Positions 12,691 through 26,681 of a stretch of DNA of 64,000 bases are shown piece by piece. The translations under genes were made by a program, and so were the position numbers. This stretch comes from Ginglymostoma cirratum (taxonomy: Eukaryota), in contig JAHRHZ010000070.1 of NCBI GenBank assembly GCA_024137785.1, forward strand, positions 10,774,117 through 10,838,116, given 5' to 3'. The first letter of the stretch is position 1; each line of letters begins with the position of its first letter. The notes under the pieces are model-generated. The model saw only the letters and a list, made by a program, of their open reading frames with translations, ran no database searches and was not told where the DNA came from.

Positions 12691-15600
12691 AATTGTCACA
12701 TTTTGATAACAGTGGAACAGGGCAATGACTTGACAGCAGTCTAAACAGCTGCAGTGTCAGATGGAGATAAATTAAAGACAAACGAAATGGTCAGGCACTT
12801 TGGGAGGAGCAAAGAGTAGAAATCTGAAGTCATACGAGAATAGAATTCTGAGTTTGATCATCAGCCTTTCAAAGGAATATTGTGCAATTGGAAAGAATAC
12901 ATAGTATTGACACAAATGGCTCAGGCAAAGGTAGTAAGAGCAAATCAAGCTTGTTTTCTTGCACCAAATTAAGGTAAGTGAAAACGCCAGTATTAGTCAG
13001 TAACAATAAAGTATTTTGGAATGTAGCACATGAGGACATGTCTTTAAAATTAGAAGCCATTTGACTAAGTGGATTGTTATAAGAAATTACATGCACAATG
13101 CCTTAAAATTGTCAAATAATCACTACCCTGTTTAGTTCACTTCTACCACAGTATTTACCAGTTGATTGCAAACTCATATAATACCAGCAAGTGTAGAATA
13201 ATATGGTGATGGACAGGCTTGGGAATTAGAGACTCTCAAACAAGAGAAACATGTTCAGTATATCAATTCAATAAATGAATTGCTTCAACTTAAGTTAAAT
13301 AACCTTTTCACAATGCACAAACTACCTTCCCATAACTTCTATTATGTGATGCAAAGCATCAAAAATCAAAATCATATTGTCAAATTACAATTACCAATTA
13401 CAAATAATTACAAAGCAATCTTAACTGTTTTCCAAAAATAATAATTTTTTAAAAGCAACTTAGCAATGGGTGACATCAAGGTTAAACAGAAATATCATCA
13501 TAAACTGACACTGATAAAATAAATCAAAACCATGAGCTGATCTCTTTGCATAGGCATTGTCCCTCTCAGTTTCATATCCTTTTTTGCACCACATTGTGTT
13601 TGTCCACAGTAGCAGTTTTCAATGACATACATTTTTGACCTCTTCTTCAAATCCCTCATGACTTCAATCATTCAGCACAGGAATTTTATACAAAATGACA
13701 TCCTTAATACCACATTACTGGCAGAGCCTGCAGCCATTTTGGAATTTCCTTTGCCCCACCCACCCCTTGAAGAAATTTTGAAACCCACCTTCCCAATTAA
13801 TCAGTTAGTCACTTCACCTACATTTCCTCCAAAGTTCAGTCTTTGTTCTTTCATATTGTAGATAATTTATCCATACTGTCACATTAACTTGGGAATACAT
13901 GGGTAGCTCAATATTTCGATCTCTGAATCACGAGAACTGATCTCTCTGTTTGCCAAAAGAAGAACTTTGAAATTGGTTCTTCTCTAGGAATGCCAGGGCA
14001 CTCCTGCAAATGGCAACAGACGTTGTTCTCGTATCCAGATCATTACTCTGTTTGCTTGGATGACATTGCCTCAAAAAAAAGTGTTGGATGTGATTAAGTA
14101 CTCTTATAAGCAACACATTAGTGCCAGATATTTTACATAATGATGGGTTTCTTGTCATGGTTCACAGCACTTCGCTATGTGAACATGATGTGCTCTTTTG
14201 TTGCATTCAAAGAAATGTCTAGCTCAAAGACTGACTTTCTAACTTATGGGCAAACAATTCCAGACAAAATATGGAGCAATTTGCTCAACGCTCCTGGCAG
14301 TATTTGGATACTCAATTAGAAGATACGTTTCTGTCAGGCTGGTACACAGCACCACATTTCTCAAATTGATCATAATGAGTGGAGCTACAGAGCAACCAGC
14401 TGTGAAAGATTAACAAACACTTTTTTAAAAAGTTAAATGTAAGGAATTAAACATTTCAAGTAGAAATGGTAGGAAAGTGTGTGTATATGGAAATTCATTC
14501 TCTTTATTCTTGTATGACATCCAAAATAGAATGTCACCTTACATAAGTCATTTGTGTTGAACTCAAGAGTTCAGCTCAGTTGAAAGATGATGAACTTGCA
14601 ACAATTGTGGATGGGAATGACAGACTTCTTGCTGAAACTGTGTCATGAAGGAGAAGTGAACATTGGTACAGTATTTGTTTTAGCTACAAAAGGTCAACAT
14701 CCATCAAATTTGACATGAATGTACGTTTTTTACGTCTCCTTACCCAGTTTGACAGTTGAAGATTGAAAGGAACTGTACTCAATTACTTTACTGACAAGGC
14801 AGCAATGAAAATTTTGAGGGCAGTTACCACTAAATAGACCTTTCACTACAATATAACTGCAAGGTTTGCTGAACCTCTAAATAAAAGCAAAATCTTTTTA
14901 AAGGACTGGATACTTGTTTTAGAATTAAAAATACAAACCAGGATCAATTTTCCTCTGCAGATTTTTAAGTTTGGAACTACATTAATAATTCAGAATTAAA
15001 GGGAAACACTACGGATCTTTATTTCATTGGCCCTCATCTGTTTGATTTAGCATAAGAATATCCCCATCACTACGAAAAAAAGCAATCCGTTCTTCACAAG
15101 ACCATGAGCAACTGAAAAGAATTTGCAGCTCCTCTGTAACTGTGAATAAATACACTACTCAATGTGGTACTGAACCAAAAAAAAAGGATTGTCCTAATTT
15201 TAATCCTTGGCATATGCTGAGTTATCAAGATAGAGAATAACAGGGGTGTAAAAATTGGTTTTGCATACTTGGGATAGAAAGAAACAAAAACATCTACTAG
15301 AATTCCTACTCTTTTTTGGTCAGCAACACTCTGTTGGACTGTACAGGTAAATGAATATTAAGGTTGTGCTCAGTTCCAAATCAAATGATAATGATTACAA
15401 ATGACTAATTTATTGATTGAGAAGATGAGTTTCCAATTTTTATTTTTTGAACAAAGGTGGTGACGGAGAGGACATTTCAAATAGCTCAAAAACTCTGTTC
15501 CCAAATGGTGGTATGAAGGAGATGGTGATGTATAAAATGCTGAAGGCCTGAAGTCATGGAGGATTTGAAGAGGAGGGCAAAAATACATATCAGTGACGAC

Positions 15601-16829
15601 AGTATACTGGACAAACAGAAACTAGCGCAAAACAAACATGAAGATCGAAGAGTATTATGAAGATCTGGCCGAATACGAAAAGGGCAAAAATGTACATCAT
15701 TGTTTTTTCAAGGATAAAAGGAAGTACAAGTTTAGATGAAAGTAAAGGCAAAGGAACCAATGGAAATGGAATTTCAATGGAATATTACAATGGAAAGAGC
15801 AGATTGGTGTGGGTTAAGTTCCAAGATTAGGAGCCACATTTAAAAATAGTTGTAGATTTCTAACTTAGGAGCATGACATATATTTAAGAGCTTTGAGTTA
15901 AACAGGAGAGTGAATACAGAACTTATAAACTTTCATAAAATAACAAGCTGAAAATTTTACTTTAAAAAAGCATGAAATAATTACAGCTAAATTCCACTGG
16001 TTGATGTGAAAATAATTTAAAAAGTCAAGTACCAAGCTGAGTGGCTACCCAATTTCATATAAGATTGAAGAACACAAATGTTTTGGAACAGTGCACCACA
16101 GTTATGACAGCCCATATAGTGTTTGCTCTGTGTGTAGGCACTGTAATGAAATTTATACATGACAATTTGTGCTTTAGTTATAAAGAAAATCCCCATGTAT
16201 TGATAATTTTCAACAAGCTAGCATTACATAAGAACATAAGAAATTAAGAGCAGGAGCTTATTTTTAAAAACCATTCTTTGAGCCTAATATGATGTTCAAT
16301 TATAGCTGAACTTCTACCTCAATTACACCTTCCTGCACAATCCTCATATTGCTTAATTTCTTTTGTGCCAAAAGCATAATTTAGCCTCACAGGCACACTC
16401 ATTGAAAACAGCAAAGTGACAAAGTTTATTAAGAATGATGGATACATGATGAGTGTCTCAAAATACATTTCCTGGGTATTTATCTAATTTTGTATGTCCA
16501 AAATCTGCCATCAGTCAATATTCTAACTTCAACTGAGGAAATATGATATGAGAGGTTGCAATAATGATGTAGACAATTTAATTTTTGTCATTGTTTAATA
16601 TTTATTGATAATTTAAATTTTAAAAAATGGAGCATCAATTTTCAAAAGCTACACTATTAGTTTAAACAACTTTGTGTCTAGTCTGCCTTTCAATCTAGGA
16701 GACAGCATTTGGGTTAGAAGGCATAGTAATTAGAAGGAAACTTATCTAGCTTATTTCCACTTTTTAAAAAAAATTGCATTGCAAATATCTTTAAACATTT
16801 CTTATATTTGTTTCAAATAGTAAACATAC

Positions 16830-16962
16830 ATGGTTCTTTGCTTTAGTTTGTTTTTGGGACGTCCTACTGGTTTCGCATAACGACGTTTAATCTGTGCAGC
16901 TTTCTCATGTAGTAACTTTCTTCCCTTTTTCTTTGGTCTGCAGATTTGACAGATCCACATTC
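16830..16962 (-). CDS. kat6b: kat6b coding exon (133 bp): (G)[43 protein letters not shown](I)
   Basis: Acceptor caatag|GA and donor AT|gtatgt. End of PHD2 (WxCxxC) followed by a basic region; phases 1 to 2. Confidence 0.95.
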
Positions 16963-18479
16963 CTATTGCAAACAAAACAGTCATTAGCTTCCCTCAACAA
17001 AATTTCCAATCTGCACCATATATCTCCATATATCTATTTATGTTTATATTAGAACCTACAAATCATGTGAAAGTTTAAATCCACTCCTGCAACTGAAGTA
17101 TCGAAGTTAGAAAACATTAGAGGAAATGTGCATTTTGTTAAATTTGCATATTAGATAGTTCACAAAAAGAAACAAATTTCAGAAGCATTAATTTAATAAT
17201 GCTGGTGGCACACTTACAAAAGGGGTTCCACATTATATTCAGAACTCAGAAGGTCCCTTCTCCAACAAATACCACTTCACAGCCACGAAACTCAAATCAA
17301 AGGAAGTTATTTTTAAACCCACTTGATGAATAGAAGATCTCTTTAACTAGAACAAGAATTAGTTTTCACTGATTTATGGGAAATAAATTTCATCGAATAA
17401 TATGGAAATTGTGAGTGAATCAGAGAGCAGTCCAGAAAGAATACCAAAAAACAATGGGACTGGAGATTAAAAGACAACAATGATTTAATTGCAAGCTAAT
17501 GAGCTGTAGTTTGAAATGATCACACATTACGGTAGAAGGTGATAATTTTTTCTCTTTCAACTCTAAAGCATAATCACAATTTACTAGTATGCTAGAGATT
17601 TAGACATTTCCTCTGTTTCCCCTGACCCTCATGAATCTCTAGAAAAAACATAATAAAAAACTATAAAATGGTTACAAGTCATGTAGAAAATTTGTTCACA
17701 AAAACACATAAGCCACTTTTATAACTATGAGGCTCTGAATATATGTTGGAACTAAAATTATAGGACATTTTACCAGAATAGACATGTGAAGGAAGGTTGA
17801 GGAATGGCATTAACTTGAAAAAGGTGTAAATAAGAGAATAAGTAGAGAGGACAGAAGCAATCAGGGTGGAAATGAGCAATATATGACAGTAGCAACAACA
17901 CAGTAATTTGAACGGATATCCACCAACAGCTCAAGCATAGGTCAGTAGATACTGATTTGAGCCAAAAAAAAAGCAAGAATTCAGAATGTGACAACTGAAG
18001 GATTTCAATGTTTCAGAAGTAAAGTGGTTAGATGAGAGATGACAGAAAGGAGTTGTGAATGAAAAGGCAATTTCACAGAAATATTACGTGTAGGAAAATT
18101 CTAAGTAGATTAGGTGCTTAACATTTCACTAGAATTGATTATGTCGAAGTAGTGTAGAAATAGAGTTAGGAGTTGGGCGATGGACTATATAGTTAAGTTC
18201 AAAAAACTATTTAAAGGGTGAGGTTCATGATGGCTCAGCTGGGTAAGCCAGTCAGCAGCTGTCAGGATAGTTCAAAGATTTGGAATGGGGGAATACGTAG
18301 TTTTCAAAGGGGTTTACAAAGTAAAAGGGTAAGACAGTTTTGCAGGGCAATTATTTTGATAATGATACACAGCGTGGGACAGGAAAGGAGAGAGTGGACA
18401 GTATTTTAAAAAAAGCAGCAAAAAGGATCAAAAGGGAATAAAAAACAAAGGTAAATAGGCAAAACTAATGGCTCTTTGC

Positions 18480-19926
18480 TTAAATGTGCAGAGATCTATT
18501 AATACAAATAAATGTATTAGTGCAAATAGAGATTAATGGGCAGGAAAAGAAGGGATGCAGAGTAGCTGTGTTAGCATTACATGGAATAAGTACGATGGCA
18601 AGAAATGATCTTGGATCAGACTATGTACAATCCATGCAGGTGGAGGTAAGAAATAAGAAGTGGAAGAAGACCTAAGAGCAGTGTATAGTCCCCCGAACAG
18701 CAGCTGCTCTGTAGGACATAGACTAAGTGAGAAGGTAATGAGGGCATTTAAAAAAGGCAGTACACTAATCACGGGTGACTTTTAATCTTCACATAGATTG
18801 GACAAATCAACTTGGCAATCAAAACGACGAGAAAGAATTTATGAAGTGCATTCAGGACAGTTTGCGAAAATATGTTGCGGAGGCAACCAGCATGAAAGCT
18901 ATTCTGGATCTTCATCTGGCTTAATGAATTCTCTCAGAGTAAATTATCCTCTAGCAAACAGTGACCATAATGTGATAGAATAGAGTGTTCTGTTTAAGAG
19001 TGAGAAAATTGGGTCAGATGCAAAAGTGCTAAACACAAATAAACTTAACTAAGGATGAAGTTGGCCAGAGTTGTCAGGTATAGACTTGGAAAAGAGATTC
19101 ATAGAAAAAAAAAACACCTGAGGAAAAATGGCAGACATTTGAGAAAGCTCATGACCTGCAGCAAAAATATATCCTAGTGAGGGAAAAAGATGCCAGGGAG
19201 GGGAGAGCTGACATTGTTAACCAAGAAAGTTAAAGATAGTATCAAATTTAAAGAGAAACATACAATTTAGAAGGATTAATGGTAAACCAAGGATTGTGAA
19301 AATTTTAAAAGCCAACAAAAGACAACCACAAAAAAAAGTAAATAAACTATGAGGGTAAATAACAAGTAATATAAAAACAGACAGTAAGACCTTTTTTACA
19401 TATATAAAAAGACCAAAGTAAACAACGTTCCCTTTAAACTGCACAGCTGCACGGAAGTTACTCTGAGGCTCTGCAACACGGACTGGTATGCCTGTACATT
19501 GACATCCTATTTCAGAATGCACAAAACAAAAAAAAATTAAAAGGAGCATTAAAAGTAAACACGTCCCTGAACAAAGCTGAGAGAAGGGATTGCGAGGGTG
19601 GGGAACAGAAGAATAAACACAATAACTATCATAAGAGAAAACGTAATACGTATAGTAATGGGGCGAAACTGGGTTGGATCCTGGGATTTTATAGGAACAA
19701 GTCATAGAGTTGCACTGGGAATATTATTCCCAAGAATCCTTAGATTCTGGAAAAGTCCCAGAGGACTGGAAAACTGTCACTGTAACATGCTTATTCAAAA
19801 AAGGGGAAGAGAGATTAATATAAAGGATCTACAGGCCACTCAGTTTAATATCTGTAATTGGAGTTAGAGTCTATTATAAAGGATATAACAACACAGCATT
19901 TAGAAATATATAATACAATCAGGCAG
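18480..19926 (+). mobile_element. CR1 LINE, endonuclease-to-RT portion, 5' segment; resumes at about 21480
   Basis: Remnants VYSPPNSS, GDF, SDHNVIE, then ...SGKVPEDWKTV...LFKKG...YRPLSLISVIG. Confidence 0.75.
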
Positions 19927-20566
19927 GTGTGTTTGACTGCAGAAATTTAAGTAACATCGTCAGTGCACCTCCAGTGAAGTGTTGGTGTTCTGTCCCACTT
20001 GTTATTTATATGCCTCGGTTTGCTGGGGTGGTTGGCATTACTTTTGCTTCTGTTGTTCAGTGGTTTGTATACTGGGTCCAGTTCAATGTGTTTGTTAATG
20101 GTGTTCGGGTTGGAATGCCAGGCCTCCAGGAATTCCTTGGCATTGCTGTTTGGCTTGTGCTATTATGGATGTGTTGTCCCTGTTGAATTTGTGCCCTTCG
20201 TTATCCACGTGTATTGAGACCAGTGAGAATTGGTCGTGTCTCTTGTTGGCTAGTTGGTGTTCGTGTATCCTTATTGTCGGTTTTCTTCCAGTTTGGCCTA
20301 TGTACTGCTCCTCACAGTCCTTGCACGGTATTTTGTATATTACGTTAGTTTAATTGGTTGTGGTAATGCGATTCTTTATGATCGTCAGCTGCGACGGCTG
20401 AAGTGAGAAAGTGATGCCAACCACAAAAGCAAACCAAGGCATATAAATAACAAGTGGGACAGAACACCAATACTTCACTGGAAATGCACTGACGATGTTA
20501 CCTAGCAGGGTGACAAAACGTCTGCAACCAAACACACCGGCTTAGTGAGCAAGTCTACAACCTCAA
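19927..20566 (-). mobile_element. Penelope-like element family C (Poseidon-like GIY-YIG C-terminus) with inverted terminal pseudo-LTR
   Basis: Reverse strand about 20350 to 20060 reads TNVIYKIPCKDCEEQYIGQTGRKPTIRIHEHQLANKRHDQFSLVSIHVDNEGHKFN...EFLEAWHSNPNTINKHIELDPVYKPL. About 19929-20045 and 20410-20535 are inverted copies of each other. Confidence 0.85.
20485..20526 (+). ncRNA. Degenerate hammerhead core (PLE family C)
   Basis: TGCA-CTGACGA-TGTTACCTAGCAGGGTGAC-AAAA-CGTC-TGCA. It has a 4-bp stem I and a stem II, but GAAA is mutated to AAAA. Confidence 0.5.
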
Positions 20567-21476
20567 CCATGACTATCTTCCTATGTGTCAGGTGTGACTC
20601 CAACCAGTACAGAGTTTGCACCCATTACCCATTGATTCCAGTTTTGCTAGGGCTCCTTGATGTCACACTCGGTGAAATGCAGCCTTGATGTCAAGGGCTG
20701 TCACACTCCACTCTCTTCTGGAATTCAGCTGTTATGTCCACGTTTGAAACAAGACTGTAATGAGGTCAGGAGTTGAGTGGTCCTGGCAGAACCCAAACTG
20801 TGTGTCACTAAGCAGGTTATTGCTGAGCGTGTGTTGCTTGATAGCACTGTTAATGACATCTTCCATCACTTTACTGATGATCAAAAGCACATTGATGGGG
20901 TGGTAATTGGCTGGGTTGGATCTGTCCTGGGTTTTATGTACAGGACATACTTGGGCAAATTTCCACACGGTCGGGTGGATGCCAGTGTTCTAACTGTACT
21001 GGAACAGCTTGGCTAGGGGAGCGGCAAGTTCTGGAGCACAAGTCTTCAGTAAAATTTCCAGAATATCGTCCAGGCCCTTAGCCTTTGCAGTAGCCAGTGG
21101 CTCTAACCGTTTCTTGATATCACGTGGAGTGAACAGAATCGGCTGAAGGTTAGCATCTGTAATGTTGGGGACCATAAAAGAGGTCAAGATGGATCATCCA
21201 CTCGGCACTTCTGGCTGAAATTGCTGCGAAAGCTTCAGCCTTATTTTTTGCATTGATGTGCTGTGCTCTTTCATCATTGAAGATGGGGATTTTTGTGGAG
21301 CGTCCTCCTCCAGTAAGTTGTTTAATCATCCACCACCAACCATTACTGGATGTGGCAGGACTGCAGAACTTAGATCTGATCCATGGTTATGGGATCGCTT
21401 AGGTCTGTATATCGCTTGCTGCTTTTGCGGTTTGGCATACAAGTAGTCCTGTTTGGTGGCTTCACCAGACTGACAG
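20567..21476 (-). mobile_element. Internal RT fragment of the SINE-headed LINE family (CR1/L2 superclade)
   Basis: ORFs LKTCAPELAAPLAKLFQYS and WKFAQVCPVHKTQDRSNPANYHPI...QFGF; collinear with about 35245-36105. Confidence 0.85.
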
Positions 21477-21479
21477 CTG

Positions 21480-22666
21480 ACAATCATACCAGACAAATTT
21501 ATTAGAGTTTCTGCAGAGGTAACAAACAGGCTGGATGGATGGCAACCAGTAGATGCAATATATTTGGATTTCCAAAAGGTATTTCACAAGGTACCACATG
21601 TAAAAGATACTTAATAAGAGCCCATGGTGTTGGGGATACTATATTAACATGGATAGAGGATTTGTTGACTAATTGGATGTGGTCAGTGGTGTAGTAAAAG
21701 TACCTGCGTTAGGGCCTCTTTATTATTTATTACGTTAGTTATTAATGACTGGATAATGGCATAGAAAGTCATGAATCCAATTTTTCTGATGACAAAGTTA
21801 GGCAAAATTATCGACAGTACAAATGATAGCATAAAATTACAAAGGGATATTGACAGACTATGTGAATGGGCAAAACTGGGGCAGATGGAGTTCAACATAA
21901 GCAAATGTGAGGTTATCCATTTCGAACCAAGTAAGGAAAGACTGGTGTACTTTCTAGATGGTATGAATACAATGGATGTCCAAAGAGACCTGGGGGCTCA
22001 GGTGCACAGATCTTTGAAATGCCAGAAACAGGTGCAGAGAACAATCAAAAAGGTTTAAGGAATGCTGACCTCTATATATAAGGGACTAGAGTATAACAGT
22101 GCAGAAGTTATGCTGAAGGTATACAAAACCTTAATTAAACACCATGTGGAGAACTGTGAACAGATCTGGGCACTACAAGTTACATATATTGGACTTGGAG
22201 GGAGTACAACCTAAGTTTACACGAATGATACCTGGACTTCACAGGTTAAGTGATGAGGGAAGATTAGACAAAATTGACATGTTTTCTCAAGATTTTAGAA
22301 GGTTAAGGGGTGAACTGATCACTGTCTTCAGGAAAGGACAGTGTAGATAAAGTTAAACCATACCACTCATTGGAGGTTCTAGAACGAGGGGGCATTGTCT
22401 GAAAATTATGGCTGGAGTGTTCAGGAGAGATGTTAGAAAGCACTTCTACAGACAAAGGATGGTGGAGGTTTGGAACTCGCTTCCACAAATGTAGATGATA
22501 CAAGATAATTTGTTAGTTTTAAATCTGAGATAGATTTATTTTTGTTAACCAAAGGTGTTAAGAGATATGGGCCAAAAGCAGACATATGGAGTTAGGCCAC
22601 AGATCAGCCTCAATCTCATTAAAAAGCAGAACAGGCTTGAGGGGCTACACGGTTTACTCCTGTTCC
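21480..22666 (+). mobile_element. CR1 LINE, RT and 3' end (continuation of 18480-19926)
   Basis: VDAIYLDFQKVFHKVPH and KLQRDIDRLCEWAKLGQMEFNISKCEVIHF, with a CR1 3' UTR ending TACTCCTGTTCCT. Confidence 0.85.
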
Positions 22667-22997
22667 TAATATGAGACAGACAGTTAGGATAAAAGCAACA
22701 ACTTCAAGATGGCAACTCATACCTCGTGGAATTGCACAGGGATCAGCGTGAGGCCACAAATATTTACAATATCTGTTAATGACTTTGTAGCATTGCCAAG
22801 TTTGCGATGACACAAAAATTGGTGGGAAGGCAAATAATAAGGACGATACAAGGATTCTATAGGATGTACACAGGCAGCTTAAGTCAGTGGGTAGATGGAA
22901 TACAATGTAGGGAAATAAGAGGTTGGGCACTTTGGCAGGACAAATAGAAGAGCTGAATATTATTTGAATCTGCAGCACAGAGGAATCTGGAGGTCAT

Positions 22998-25560
22998 GGC
23001 GTCATACAGCACAGAAACAGACTCTTCAGTCCAACCAGTCCATGCCAACTATAATCCCAAACTAAACTAGTCCCACCTGCTTGCGCTTGGCCCATATCAC
23101 TCCAAACATTTCTTATTCATGTACTTATCCAAATGTACCCACATCAACCACTTCCTCTGGAAGTTCATTCCACACACAAACCACTCTCTGTGTTTCCAAA
23201 AAAAAGCCTTTTGTATCTTTTTAAAATCTTTCTCCTCTCACCTTAAAAATATGTCCCCAGTGGTGAAATCCCCCACCCTAGGGAAAAGACACCTGCCATT
23301 CATCTTTTCCATATCCTTCGTGATTTTATAAACCTCTACACTTCAGCTAAAAAATTTCTTGCCCATCCAGCCTCCCTTTATTACTCAAAACCTTTATTCA
23401 GGCAATATCCTGGTAAATCTCTTCTGAACACTCTCCAGCTTAATAATATCCTTCCTATAACAGGGAGACCAGAACGGGACACAGTACTCCAGAAGAGACC
23501 TTGCCAATATCTGTACAACCTCAATATAACATTCCCAATTCCTATAGTCTGATCAGTGGAGGCAAGCGCGCTTAACGTCTTGTTAACCACCCTATCTATA
23601 TGTGACACAAACTTCAAAGAATCATGTACCAGAACCCCTCGGTCTCGCTGTTCTTCGGGTCTGGTGACCCATCCTCAGAACGTATTCTGAGGAAGGGTCA
23701 CCGGACCCGAAACATTAACACTGTTTTTTTCCTACACAGATGCTGCCAGACCTGCTGAGCTTTTCCAGCAACTTTGTTTTTGTTCCTGACTTACAGCATC
23801 TGCACTTCTTTCAGTTTTTATTTAAAAGTGGACTCAGCATTGATCCCTGCGGAACATCACTGGTCACAGGCCTCCAGACCAAAAACAAACCTCTGCCATT
23901 AATCTGTCTCCAGCCATTAAGACATTTTTGTATCCAATTGGCAAACTCACCCTGAATCCCATGTGACCTAACTTTAATAATTAGTCTACCATGCAGAACC
24001 TTGTTAAAGGCTTTACTAAAGTCCAAGTAAACAATACCTACTGCTCTGCCCCCACCAATCTTCTTGACTATTTCCTCAAAAAACTCTACCAAGTTTGCGA
24101 GGCACAATTTCCCTCGTGTAAATCCATGCTGACTTTCCCTAATCGTTCCTTGCCTCTCCAAATGCATATAAATCCAATCTTTCAGAACCACTTTCAACCC
24201 AACTTACCCACCACCAAAGTCAGACTCTACAGTTCCAAGCCTTCTACTTACTTGCCTCCTTCATCACATTAGCCACTCTCCAGTCATCTGACACCTCACC
24301 AGTTACAGATGATACAAATATTTCTGCAAGGGGCCCCGCAATTTCCTCCCTAACTTCCCACAACATCCTAGGATATGCTAGGTCAGGTCCTAGAGATTTA
24401 TCCACCTTTATATCGACCTTATTTTCTAAGGCCTCCAGGCAGATCCTCTTCTGTAATGTGAACTGTTTTCAAAATATCAATATTTCTGAGTTCTCTAGCC
24501 TACATTTCTTTCTCCACAATAAAAACCAGTGCAAAATATTCATTTAATATCTCTCTCATCTTCTGAGGTTCAACACAAAGATGACTTCTTTGATCTTTAA
24601 GCGACCCAACTCTCTCCCTAGTTGCTGTCTTGTTTTTAACGCATTTGCAGAATCTCTTTGGATTATCCTTAACTTTATTTGTTAAGGCTATCTCATATCC
24701 TCGCTTTGCCTTCCTGATCTCCCTCTTAAGAATTACCCCACACTCTTTATATTTTTCAAGAGATTCATTTGAACCTAGTTGTCTATATCAAATGTATGTT
24801 TTTTTATTCTTGACTTCAACGTCAATATTCTTATTCATTCATTGTTCTCTAATCCTACCAGCCTTGCCTTACCTTTCATTCTGATATGAACATAAAGACT
24901 CTGAACTCTCATTATCACACTTTTGAAAGTCTCCCACTCACCAGATGTCACTTTACCTGCGAACAGACTACTTCAATCAATTTTTGTACATTCTTGTCCC
25001 ATACCCGTTAAAGTTTGCCTTACTCCAATTAAAGATTTTAATTTTTACGGAGGCTTATCCTTTTCCATAGCTTTTTTGAAACAAATTATGATCACAAGTC
25101 CCAAAGTATTCCCTTACTATCACTTCAGTCACTTGCTGTGTCTTATTACCCAAGAGAAGATCAAGATTTGCTCCTTCTCTAGGAATATTTACATACTGAA
25201 AGAAAATGTTCTTGAACACATTAACAAATTCTTCACCATCCAAACTTTTAACACTATGGTAATCCCAGCCAATGTTGGAAAATTAAAATCACTATTACAA
25301 CCTTATTATTCTTGAATATTTGTTCCTTAATTTCCCTTTGACTACTGGAAGCTCAATGGGGCAGTTCCACCTAAGGTGATCATTTTTTAAAAATTTCTAA
25401 TTTCAACCCATATATTTTCACAGGACAATTTTTCAGAAATATCTCTCATTACAGCAAAAATGTTTTCCTTAATCAAAAAACACCACACCCCTCCTCTTCT
25501 GCCTATAGCATCTGACACCCTGAACATTGAAGTTGCCAGTCACATCCATCCCTCGGCCAA
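22998..25560 (-). mobile_element. CR1 LINE (antisense, nested), itself interrupted by a PLE terminus
   Basis: ORF 23811..24197 reads IRESQHGFTRGKLCLANLVEFFEE...VYLDFSKAFNKVLHGRL...DVPQGSMLSPLL. EN remnant PREGANLDLLLGN...DHN; 3' tail near 23000. Confidence 0.85.
23654..23825 (+). mobile_element. PLE family B terminus with back-to-back hammerhead-core palindrome
   Basis: TTCGGGTCTGGTGACCCATCCTCAGAA-CGTA-TTCTGAGGAAGGGTCACCGGACCCGAA, followed by a tail shared with 62165-62274 and 63435-63572. Confidence 0.8.
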
Positions 25561-26681
25561 CGTCCTCGTGCATGAATCACAAAAAGCTAGCATCCAAGCT
25601 CAATGGGCAACAGGGAAGCCCAAATTTCTATTGGCCCTTATTTCAAAGGGAATAGAGAATGAAAATAGGCAAGTCTTGCTAAAACTATACAGGATATTAA
25701 TCAGATCATATCTGGAATACTGTGAATAGTATCAGTCCCTTTATCTAAGGAAAACAATATTGGAGTTGGAGGCAGTCCAGAAAATATTCACTAGGCTAAT
25801 AACAGGTATGAAGGGATTTTCTTATGACAAGAGTTTGAGTAGGTTGGGCTTGTAGTCATTGGAATTTAAAAGAACGAGAATCGACCTCATTGAAACAGAA
25901 GATTGTCGGGGAGTTGACGGGGTAGATGTTGACAGGTTGTTTTCTCCTGTCAGAGTGTCTTGGACCACAGGCATAATCTAGGAATAAAAGATCACCCATT
26001 TATGACAGAGATAAGGAGGACTTTCTGCTCTCAAAGGGTCAGGAATCTATGGAATTATTTATTGCAGAGGGCTGTCAAGGCTCGGTCATTAGTACGTTGA
26101 AGGCTGAGATAGATAATTTTTTTAATCAGTAAGGGAATCAAAGGTTATAAACATGGAAAAGTAGAGTTGAGGATTATCAGTTCAATCATCGTCATCTTAT
26201 TGAATGGCTGAGCAAACTGATGAGGAAAAAGCCTAGTTCTGCTTCTATGTCTCAAGTACGTAGGTGGCACAGATGCACAACCTTTAAAAATATAGGTAAA
26301 TTGCAAAAACAGGATTGAATGAGAAACAATATTAGAACATTTAAAAAAAAAAGAAAAAAAATAACAAACCCAAAAATATCAGCGGCACATTCACAACAAT
26401 CTACCTGTACGGCCAAAGTGAAACACAAAGTAACTAATGGGGAGATCATGGCGTAGCGGCAACATCACTGGATCAATAATTCAGAAACCCAGATTAATGT
26501 TCTGGGGACATAGGCAGATGGTAAAATTTTAATTCAATAAAATCTGGAATTAAAAACAGGTGACCATTTGAACTGTCATAAAAATCCATCTAGTTAACTA
26601 AGGTCCTTTAAGGGAGGATATCTACAATCCTTAACAGGTATGATTTACACATGACTCAGAAAACAGCATCATTGACACCCT

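Larger units (their letters stand above)
22670..26255 (+). mobile_element. CR1 LINE split in two (22670-22995 and 25561-26255) by an antisense CR1
   Basis: ...GGAATCTGGAGGTC resumes as GTCCTCGTGCATGAATCACAAAAAGC. ORF2 C-terminus (LLKLYRILIRSYLEYC) and 3' tail near 26250. Confidence 0.75.

Noticed and set aside
14570-14880. Possible hAT transposase C-terminal remnant (…DKAAMKIL…)
   Set aside because: Similarity too weak and no terminal inverted repeats seen.
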